Sequence record: PZ445527.1
Source: a phage
Direction: 5' to 3' (one strand)
Length of the DNA: 64,000 nt
Below the pieces are notes generated by a model, which was given only the letters and a program-made list of their open reading frames with translations, searched no databases and was not told the origin of the DNA. The stretch's first letter is position 1, and the number at the start of each line of letters is the position of its first letter. This document shows, piece after piece, positions 46,562 to 54,259 of this stretch. The translations under genes and the position numbers were made by a program.

Positions 46562-46590
46562 ATTCTACATTATTATTGGTCATTAGGCAA
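46562..46590 (-). promoter_or_regulatory. sigma70 promoter for nrdA (TTGCCT-17-TAGAAT)
   Basis: Minus strand; followed by AAAAGGAAAA SD and ATG at 46523. Confidence 0.6.
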
Positions 46591-46667
46591 ATAAAATTTT
46601 CTGATAGAAAAGGCCCGAGTATTTTCATACCCAGGCCCTCTGTGTTGTCAGTCTAGTTTTTGGCCAC

Positions 46668-46865
46668 TTAAGTTCTCAGCAGAATATCTATCGAGGTACT
46701 TAGTTCACTATAATTGAAGGGCCGATTTGGATTTGAGGTTACAATTTTCCACGCTAGGGTAGTCTTAGGACTTTCTTCCCCTTCCTTACGTGTAATCATA
46801 TTAGCAGCGCTCAGTGAAGTACGATGTATTTTAGTTTTTCGGTGTAGATGTACAACGTCTCCCAT
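46668..46865 (-). CDS. hypothetical protein (about 65 aa)
   Basis: ORF track 46668..46934 trimmed to ATG 46865 with GGGAAGG SD to remove overlap with phoH. Confidence 0.35.
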   Translation of the reverse strand: MGDVVHLHRKTKIHRTSLSAANMITRKEGEESPKTTLAWKIVTSNPNRPFNYSELSTSIDILLRT

Positions 46866-46866
46866 A

Positions 46867-47628
46867 TTACACCTTCCCCATGTCTTTAAAAATATCGTAG
46901 AATGCTTTAGACTCAGCAGAACGAACGTTATCAATTAATTCGATCATTGAGAATGGAGCATTTTCATATTTCTCATAAACTTCCATAAGAAGTGCTAGAC
47001 CTGAGTCACCTTTAATGTCTTTCTGAGCTATATCCCCGCAGATAATCAAACGGCAGTCTTGTCCTACACGAGTTAGGAGACAAACCATTGCCTCAACGGA
47101 AATATTCTGAGCTTCATCGACAATTACATAGGAGTTGTTGAAAGTTCTGCCACGAGCATGTTCTATAGCCAAAAATTTAATTTTCTGACGTTCGACATAT
47201 CCCTTATAGGCATGATCACCGATGGCCCATTTCATACCATCAGCTATTGGCTCCAACCAAGGCTCTAGCTTTTCGGCTAGATCACCAGGAAGCATACCAA
47301 GAGACTTACCTAGAGGTTCATTAGGACGTACGAGAATCACTTGCTCAATATCTGAGTGAATGTCTACGAGTTCCTGAGCTGCAAGAACGGACGGAATAAA
47401 GGTTTTACCAGTACCTGGCTCACCGATACCCACAGTCACTGTGTTGTTCTTGATCATATTGATATATGATTTTTGCTCGCGGTTTTTACCTACTAGGGAT
47501 TTAGCAACTGGGTTAGCGTAATCATTAGAAAAATCAGCCTGAATTACGTTATTCTCATATTTGTTGCCACGCTTTCTTGAACCATTGCGGTTCTCTCTTT
47601 TTTGACGTGCTTTTCCCATAAATAACAC
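46867..47628 (-). CDS. phoH: PhoH-like ATPase 253 aa
   Basis: Walker A GEPGTGKT and PhoH-family blocks. Confidence 0.85.
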   Translation of the reverse strand: MLFMGKARQKRENRNGSRKRGNKYENNVIQADFSNDYANPVAKSLVGKNREQKSYINMIKNNTVTVGIGEPGTGKTFIPSVLAAQELVDIHSDIEQVILVRPNEPLGKSLGMLPGDLAEKLEPWLEPIADGMKWAIGDHAYKGYVERQKIKFLAIEHARGRTFNNSYVIVDEAQNISVEAMVCLLTRVGQDCRLIICGDIAQKDIKGDSGLALLMEVYEKYENAPFSMIELIDNVRSAESKAFYDIFKDMGKV

Positions 47629-47694
47629 TCCTATAGTGTACTTCGCTTCTAACAGAGGATCAACAAAAGATCTTGTTTATCAACTTACAAATAT

Positions 47695-47723
47695 ATTATA
47701 CCAGTATATACAGTAAAAAGCAA
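47695..47723 (-). promoter_or_regulatory. sigma70 promoter (TTGCTT-17-TATAAT) for phoH
   Basis: Minus strand consensus. Confidence 0.7.
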
Positions 47724-47895
47724 CTACAATTTTAAATAAGCCTATGATATTGCATTTAAATAAAAAATTTGCTTGCTTATAGAGGTAGAAATATGATACT
47801 AGATAATCATTTATTTATATGTAAAAATACTATGCTGTATAGCATCAATAAAAATTGATAAAAATCAAAAGTCAAATAGTATTAGAAAAATGTAG

Positions 47896-47924
47896 TTGAC
47901 GTATGGGGTGGAATTATGTATAAT
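47896..47924 (+). promoter_or_regulatory. sigma70 promoter (TTGACG-17-TATAAT), first rightward promoter
   Basis: Near-consensus, AAGGAG SD and ATG 47946 downstream. Confidence 0.7.
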
Positions 47925-47945
47925 ATGTGAATTAAGGAGAATTTA

Positions 47946-48611
47946 ATGGTAAGAAAGAAAATAACTACAGAAGATGTGAACTTAGCACTTGCTCCCAGAG
48001 GAATAATTATGCTAAGCACGTATATATCAGCTAAATCCAATGCTATATTTAAGTGCTCTAATGGGCATAGTTGGGAGGCTAGAGTAGATAATGTAAAAGG
48101 TGGGAGAGGTTGCCCTTATTGTGCTAGTCGTACTTTAGATCTTAAAGAGGTAAATGAATCCTTAGCTGCTCGTGGAATAAAGATGGAAGGTAAATACATC
48201 AATTCTAAGAGTAAAATTATGTTCAGCTGTGAGAATGATCATAGGTGGGAGTCTACCCTTGATAGTGTTAGAAATCATAATTCTGGTTGTCCTATATGTT
48301 TATTAGAGAAGGATAATTATCCTACTAACGTATATATTTTAGTAAGTAGTATGGGAACCAAAATAGGGATGTCTAGCAGAACTAAAGATAGACTCAGAGA
48401 TATTAAAACTTCTTCTAACATACATGATTTAAAAATATTTAAGGAATATAGCTTTTCAGATAGATCAAAAGCTGTGCGTATTGAAAGAGAAGCCCATTTA
48501 CAGTTTAAGGAATATAATTGTCAGTACAAAGATTTTGATGGTGCTACAGAATTTTTTAGTATTGAGCCAGAAGTAGTAGCAAGGTTTATTGAGGAAATAA
48601 TTAATGAATAA
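47946..48611 (+). CDS. zinc-ribbon repeat + T5orf172 (GIY-YIG-related) domain protein 221 aa
   Basis: Two C..GH.W....G.GCP.C repeats (CSNGHSWEARVDNVKGGRGCPYC; CENDHRWESTLDSVRNHNSGCPIC) and a KIGMSSRTKDRLRDIKT segment. Confidence 0.6.
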   Translation: MVRKKITTEDVNLALAPRGIIMLSTYISAKSNAIFKCSNGHSWEARVDNVKGGRGCPYCASRTLDLKEVNESLAARGIKMEGKYINSKSKIMFSCENDHRWESTLDSVRNHNSGCPICLLEKDNYPTNVYILVSSMGTKIGMSSRTKDRLRDIKTSSNIHDLKIFKEYSFSDRSKAVRIEREAHLQFKEYNCQYKDFDGATEFFSIEPEVVARFIEEIINE

Positions 48612-50451
48612 AGATGAATTGATTAGAAACTGCAAAGAAATTATTGAGGGTTCTGCTGATGAAGAGCTTCTCTTTAATAATGCGAATAAACCCTCTGAGC
48701 GTTTCCCTACACAAAGGGATATGCTTGCAGGGGAATTGAGTAAATATCTGATTCTAGAAGAAATGCCAATTCAGATTCGAAATGCTCATATGATTGGAGA
48801 TATTCATTTCCATGATGCTGACTATGCTGCATTAGGCATGACTAACTGTTGCCTAGTAGCCCTGGAAGATATGTTGAAAAATGGTATGAAAGTTGGTAAT
48901 GCTGAAATTAGTACACCAAATTCTATTACTACTGCGGCGGCTATTACTGCTCAGATTATCACTCAGGTTAGCTCCCATCAGTATGGTGGTACTTCTGTAG
49001 ATCGCCTTGATGAAGTATTAGCCCCTTATGTTCGTAAGTCCTATGATAAAAATCATGCGTTTGCAAAACGTTGGACTAAGGATGAAGCTAAAGCATCTGT
49101 AATGGCTACGGAGATGACTGAAAAAGAAGTCTATGACGCTTGCCAGGGTTTAGAATATGAAATCAATACCATGTTCAACTCTAACGGTCAGAGTCCATTT
49201 ATTACCTTTGGTTTTGGTCTAGGAACTTCTTGGGAAGCACGTCTAGTACAGAAAGCAATACTGAAAGTACGCATGGATGGTTTAGGTATCAATAAACGTA
49301 CAGCTATCTTCCCGAAACTGGTATTTGTACTTCGTGATGGCGTAAATATGAAACCAGGGGATGTTAATTATGACATCAAGAAGTTAGCTATGAAATGTAC
49401 TGCTGAACGTATGTATCCAGATTATATCAGCTATGATAAGGTTGTGGAAGTTACTGGAGACTATAAAGTTTCTATGGGCTGCCGTTCATTCCTAGCTGCT
49501 GCAGAAGATGGTGAAACTGCCGGTCGTAATAACTTAGGTGTTGTTTCTGTAAACTTGCCTAGAATTGCTATCGAAGCTGAAGGAAATATTGACCTATTCT
49601 TTGATTTGCTTGAGCTACGTGTAGATACAGCATTAAAAGCGTTGGAGTGGAGAGTTGATCGCTTAAAATACATTCAAGCTAAAGCTGCACCCATCCTCTA
49701 TATGTCAGGAGCCTTTGGATTACGCTTAGGGCCTGATGAATATGTATTCGATCATTTCTATAACCGTGCTTCTGTATCTCTAGGGTATATTGGTTGCCAT
49801 GAAATGCTACAGTTCATGTTTGGCAAAGATGTAGACACAATGTCCGAGACCTGCATCAAGTTTGTTCAGCGTGTATTGCAGTACATGCGGGATAGAGTCG
49901 ATCAGAAGAAGGAAGAAACTAAGTTAGGTTATAGCCTGTATGCTACACCATCAGAGTCCCTATGTGATCGCTTTTGTCGTCTAGACCGTGAATATTTCCC
50001 GGAGCATGAAGATATTCTGTCCAAAGGATACTACACTAACTCTCACCACCTTGATGTGGAACGTAAAGTTGCCCCTAACGTGAAATTTGATTATGAATCT
50101 AACTTTACTCCGATTGCTTCTGGTGGGTGTATCTCTTATGTAGAACTACCAGATATGAAACGATTCCCGGATGCACTGGAATGGGTTATTAATTATGCTG
50201 CTAGTAAGGTTCATTACTTCGGTATTAATACTCCAGTGGATTCCTGTGGTAAATGTGGATTCTTAGGTGAAACAGTAGCATCCGAAGATGGATTCAAGTG
50301 CCCTATCTGTGGTAATCATGACCCTGAAACTCTTGAAGTAACTCGTCGAGTTTGTGGGTATCTTGGAAATCCAGGTGCTCGTCCGTTTAACCCAGGAAAA
50401 CAACATGAGGTTATGGGCAGGGTGAAACATCAGGATATTCGAGCTAAATAA
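48604..50451 (+). CDS. nrdD: anaerobic ribonucleoside-triphosphate reductase (NrdD) 615 aa
   Basis: C-terminal glycyl-radical motif RVCGYLG and Zn site CPICGN; size. Confidence 0.9.
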   Translation: MNKDELIRNCKEIIEGSADEELLFNNANKPSERFPTQRDMLAGELSKYLILEEMPIQIRNAHMIGDIHFHDADYAALGMTNCCLVALEDMLKNGMKVGNAEISTPNSITTAAAITAQIITQVSSHQYGGTSVDRLDEVLAPYVRKSYDKNHAFAKRWTKDEAKASVMATEMTEKEVYDACQGLEYEINTMFNSNGQSPFITFGFGLGTSWEARLVQKAILKVRMDGLGINKRTAIFPKLVFVLRDGVNMKPGDVNYDIKKLAMKCTAERMYPDYISYDKVVEVTGDYKVSMGCRSFLAAAEDGETAGRNNLGVVSVNLPRIAIEAEGNIDLFFDLLELRVDTALKALEWRVDRLKYIQAKAAPILYMSGAFGLRLGPDEYVFDHFYNRASVSLGYIGCHEMLQFMFGKDVDTMSETCIKFVQRVLQYMRDRVDQKKEETKLGYSLYATPSESLCDRFCRLDREYFPEHEDILSKGYYTNSHHLDVERKVAPNVKFDYESNFTPIASGGCISYVELPDMKRFPDALEWVINYAASKVHYFGINTPVDSCGKCGFLGETVASEDGFKCPICGNHDPETLEVTRRVCGYLGNPGARPFNPGKQHEVMGRVKHQDIRAK

Positions 50452-50459
50452 GCTAATCA

Positions 50460-50490
50460 GCCAGGTTGCTAGTCGACCTGGCTTTTATTT
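50460..50490 (+). terminator. rho-independent terminator after nrdD
   Basis: Stem gccaggt/acctggc followed by TTTT. Confidence 0.7.
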
Positions 50491-50493
50491 TAT

Positions 50494-50522
50494 TTGCTTT
50501 CAGCTAAAAATATATGTATAAT
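50494..50522 (+). promoter_or_regulatory. sigma70 promoter, T5 early type (TTGCTT-17-TATAAT)
   Basis: tatttgctttcag...gtataatagatttataaatttgagagg closely resembles T5 PN25 as remembered. Confidence 0.75.
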
Positions 50523-50550
50523 AGATTTATAAATTTGAGAGGAGAAGACT

Positions 50551-50931
50551 ATGAAAGTAAAACCCTATATAGTTGAGTCTACGTGCGGGAGTTTCCATCT
50601 AGGAGTGGATGATATTGCAGAAGCTATCTTTGCTGCTACAGGTGATTACTCCCATATAGGGGGTGCTGCATACCCCACCGTTATTGGTGATTGGGCGGAA
50701 ACAAATCTAGATGTATCACCATATAGCTCACATTGCTTGTTTGATGAAGACAGAGATGAGGTAAAATGTAATCTTGAATTTGTATACAATAGAGTACTAA
50801 AAGTCTATCAACACAGTGTTGAGGGATATGAAGATATTACTGGAAGTATTAAACAATATCTTAAAGATGTATACTCTAATTTTTCTGATGAAGACCTGGA
50901 AACAGTTGCAGTGGAGTTTAATAATGACTAA
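50551..50931 (+). CDS. hypothetical acidic protein 126 aa
   Basis: ORF track; SD gagaggaga. Confidence 0.6.
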   Translation: MKVKPYIVESTCGSFHLGVDDIAEAIFAATGDYSHIGGAAYPTVIGDWAETNLDVSPYSSHCLFDEDRDEVKCNLEFVYNRVLKVYQHSVEGYEDITGSIKQYLKDVYSNFSDEDLETVAVEFNND

Positions 50932-51157
50932 GAATGTGAAACACCTTAAATATCGCTTAATCTATAACGGACGTATGGAAACTGAAGAGCTAGCTCAATT
51001 AGCTATTAACTCTAGTGAGGTTATGGTGCGTGCGCTAGCAATTGAAAAGTTGCGTGCTTCTTATGAAAGCCGTATTATGCAACTGGAGGAAACCCTTTAT
51101 GGGCTTCTTGAATCAGAAGCTAAAAGCAACCCAGAGGATAGACCTACTAAGCAATAA
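50926..51157 (+). CDS. hypothetical protein (about 77 aa)
   Basis: ORF track 50816..51157 trimmed to ATG 50926 overlapping previous stop. Confidence 0.45.
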
Positions 51158-51211
51158 AAGGTATGCATATTATGGAATAATTTTACCCCAAAACATTATC
51201 GAAGGATTTAA

Positions 51212-52051
51212 GTGAGGAACTGTACAGTGCGTAGATTAATTATTATTAGCGGTGCAGGTTTGAGCGTTGAAAGTGGTGTACGAGCCTTCCGTACTGATAC
51301 TGCTAGTGGTAAAGCATTGTGGGATGATTATGACTTAGAAGAGGTATGTAATATTCATGCCTTTCGTGGTAATTTTTATCATAAAACCCATATGTTTTAC
51401 AACAAGCGTCGTGAAGAGCTAAAAACTATTGAACCCAATCTTGCGCATCTTCGTATTGGTGAGTGGTATAAACAATACCCAGGTCAAGTAGTAAACTTGA
51501 CTACTAACGTCGATGACCTTATTGAGCGTGCTGGCGTTCCGCATAGTGACATTCTACATATTCATGGGTATTTAAAAGAGGTTGTTGTAGCTGACAGCTA
51601 CAATAGCAGTAATAAACGAGTTATTGATGTTGGGTATAGCTCTATTGACCCAGATGATTATAAATGGGTTAAACCTAATGTAATCTTCTTTGGTGAGCAT
51701 GCTCCAGCGTACGCAGAAATGTACAATATTTTTGATGGTATTACCAGTCAAGATATGATCGTTGTAGTTGGTTGCTCTAACCAAGTAATTAACTTCTACT
51801 GGGAATTATTCCCTGTTCTTAATTTGACTGCTGCCAAATTAATGGTAGTTAACTACTATGATAGTGCCCTAGCGACAGAGCCAGGCTATCAAGGTATGAC
51901 TCGTAGTGAGATGTACCAGCTGGAAGAACGCGGTATCCCTTACTGGAGTAAAGGGGCTGTAGATGCCTTCAGTGACCCTGATTTTATTACTCGTGTAGAA
52001 GCTCATCTAGAGGGTAGACCTTATATGCCGGGGAAACAAATATGTCCATAA
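51212..52051 (+). CDS. Sir2-family (sirtuin-like) NAD-dependent protein 279 aa, no zinc-ribbon cysteines
   Basis: GAGLSVESGVRAFR, TNVDDL and HIHG blocks; GTG start with GAAGGA SD; no CxxC pairs. Confidence 0.75.
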   Translation: MRNCTVRRLIIISGAGLSVESGVRAFRTDTASGKALWDDYDLEEVCNIHAFRGNFYHKTHMFYNKRREELKTIEPNLAHLRIGEWYKQYPGQVVNLTTNVDDLIERAGVPHSDILHIHGYLKEVVVADSYNSSNKRVIDVGYSSIDPDDYKWVKPNVIFFGEHAPAYAEMYNIFDGITSQDMIVVVGCSNQVINFYWELFPVLNLTAAKLMVVNYYDSALATEPGYQGMTRSEMYQLEERGIPYWSKGAVDAFSDPDFITRVEAHLEGRPYMPGKQICP

Positions 52052-52224
52052 TTAAATCTGTGTATACACACCCTGATGATATATTTGTATGGGCGGATGG
52101 TAGTTGGTGCTATCGCTGTGAGCTGTGGGAAATGGACTATAAATCCGATGACTATGGTGTCATATATGTTGATACGGTTGAGTATGATACGTTCTTAGAA
52201 AGGGACAAAAGTGGAAATAAGTAA
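52042..52224 (+). CDS. hypothetical protein 60 aa
   Basis: ORF track. Confidence 0.4.
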   Translation: MSIIKSVYTHPDDIFVWADGSWCYRCELWEMDYKSDDYGVIYVDTVEYDTFLERDKSGNK

Positions 52225-52719
52225 TACTCCGATTATTTTTCTAGACATTGATGGGGTGCTCAATTCGAGCATCTCCCACCATCATGCACCTGATGATGAA
52301 AAGATTTTCTTTGGAAGTGACTGGGTTTTCAAACCGCTTCTCAAGGCTTTTCAGGACTTTATTCGTCCTTCTCCGATAATGATTGTTGGAGTATCCTCAT
52401 GGTTCTCTGTCAGGAATGAGGTGGAGAACGTTCACATTATGACCGGATTAGGTCTTATCGATCGTTTTCTAGGTACAACGGATTTTACAGGGGGGTGGAT
52501 TATCTAGGGGTAATTCTGTTCTTCGTTTCGTTGAAAAGCATAAGCTCAAACATTGGTGTGTGCTGGATGATGCTGGTGCTATGATGTATCAGTATCCAAC
52601 AGTTATAGTCAATGGTAGGACTGGGATAAATCTTCAAGATTTAAAAGCTGTTAGCTATATGCTAGAATTTAGCCCAGATCTTGAAATGTGTAAATCCTTA
52701 CAACAATTTAAGGTGTAAA
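52211..52719 (+). pseudogene. HAD-like hydrolase gene split into two frames at a G6 tract (52490-52495)
   Basis: N-terminal ORF 52211..52507 carries HAD motif I (FLDIDGVLN); downstream frame to stop 52717-52719 continues with a WCVLDDAG-type motif; one fewer G would fuse them. Confidence 0.5.
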
Positions 52720-52720
52720 T

Positions 52721-53149
52721 ATGTTCAATAATGTATTCTCTAAAGAAGCTAACCCAATTTTGGTTAACTTTTGGCGTACTCTTCCAGCCAACCTATACAA
52801 TGAGGCTATTAATGCTCTGAAAATATGGTGTGAGAATAATGAAATCTCCTTTGCTTTTAAAGGTGAGATTGAAGAGGCTCCGTGTATTGGTTTAATTGTG
52901 CAGGTGGAGGATGGTCTTGAAGAGATTGTCGGCTGGAAAGAGTTAGATGAAATGGGCTTGGTTTTTGCATTAAACTATAAGCTGTTTATGCCTAATAAAC
53001 ACCGTATTGTTGTTAATTATAAAACCAGTGAATCTCCTGGTTTTCAAGTTAATGAACGGTATGGTTGGTCTTACTCACCAGAAGAGGTAAATGATGGTAT
53101 CCAAAAACTTCGCCGTTTTGGTTATCAAATTCCGGGTTTAACTGCCTAA
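52721..53149 (+). CDS. hypothetical protein 142 aa (paralog of next gene)
   Basis: ORF track; shared blocks PCIG...MGL..ALN..LF...PGL with 53159..53545. Confidence 0.6.
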   Translation: MFNNVFSKEANPILVNFWRTLPANLYNEAINALKIWCENNEISFAFKGEIEEAPCIGLIVQVEDGLEEIVGWKELDEMGLVFALNYKLFMPNKHRIVVNYKTSESPGFQVNERYGWSYSPEEVNDGIQKLRRFGYQIPGLTA

Positions 53150-53158
53150 GGAGGCACA

Positions 53159-53545
53159 ATGGAACAAGTATATTGGCGTCAGATTGATCCTAGTTTAGTG
53201 AAGCGTGCAGAGAAGCTGCTACAACGTTGGTTGGGGGTAAGACAAGCCTCCTTCACTTTTCCGGAGCAGCAAACGGATGATCCCTGTATTGGTGTTTTCC
53301 TATCAGGCTACGCTAGGGAATTGGATTGGAATGAGTTGTCTGCTATGGGTTTAATTGTTGCACTAAATTTCTTTTTGTTCCATCCACGTGGTTTGGCCAT
53401 ATGTCGTGTGCCTGATGACGGTTGTTCGCCCCATCTTTTACAGGTGAAAGATGATACTTGGGAGTACACTCCAGATATTCTCAAAGAAGCCAAAGAACAA
53501 TTGAATCGTGTTGGAATCTATGTTCCAGGCCTGAATGATGAATGA
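53159..53545 (+). CDS. hypothetical protein 128 aa (paralog of previous gene)
   Basis: ORF track; AGGAGG SD. Confidence 0.6.
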   Translation: MEQVYWRQIDPSLVKRAEKLLQRWLGVRQASFTFPEQQTDDPCIGVFLSGYARELDWNELSAMGLIVALNFFLFHPRGLAICRVPDDGCSPHLLQVKDDTWEYTPDILKEAKEQLNRVGIYVPGLNDE

Positions 53546-53568
53546 TTTTTATTAGCTGAACTCTAATT

Positions 53569-53593
53569 GCCGAGTCATTTTGGCTCGGTTTTC
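53569..53593 (+). terminator. rho-independent terminator
   Basis: Stem ccgag/ctcgg with TTTT. Confidence 0.55.
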
Positions 53594-53636
53594 TCTATGC
53601 TCAAAGACACTGGTAGCAGCCCCTGGAAAAATCTAC

Positions 53637-53665
53637 TTGCATGATGCTCAAAATCTTGATATAAT
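53637..53665 (+). promoter_or_regulatory. sigma70 promoter (TTGCAT-17-TATAAT)
   Basis: Consensus spacing; followed by a 590-nt untranslated leader. Confidence 0.7.
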
Positions 53666-54259
53666 ATTTATATTGAATTGAGAGACATTAGTAAAAATTG
53701 ATTTTGCTAATTTTTCTTAGTGAAGCTGACAAGGGATTTACGGCGAGAGGAATCGATGACCCGTAAATAGCTGCATAAGGTACGTTGCTAGAGCTTTACG
53801 AAAAAGTTTTTTCTTGTTTACAATCCGCGATACGGAACAGTTAGGCTGCCCCATTAAGGGTTGTTTTAACTATTACTAGTGTTTATATTGCATTAGTTAA
53901 TCTTCAATTAAGTGATCTGTGTACCCTGAATTCGGAAAGGTAAATCCAAACCGTGCATATTTAGCTCGTTATATAGGCAGAGTTTTATATGGGGGTGCGA
54001 ACGAAAAGAGCAGCGAATGGCGGCACGTACAGTAGTCACCTACCAATAGGATAGTGAGGACAAATAGAATCGGCTTAGCGGCCAATGACCTAGGTTCTAT
54101 TCTGTATATGAGCGAAGAGAGCACAGCACTGAGATATGATAACTTATTCATATTGTTTGATGATAATTGATGTTTACGTAAATAGTAGTAATAGTTGTTC
54201 TATTCTTTCTGAATAGTCCTAAAGAAAAGATTTCGATTAACCAACACAGGAGTATTATT

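Noticed and set aside
53969-54151. 60-aa minus-strand ORF in the helicase leader
   Set aside because: Isolated antisense ORF in a rightward unit, without promoter or SD.
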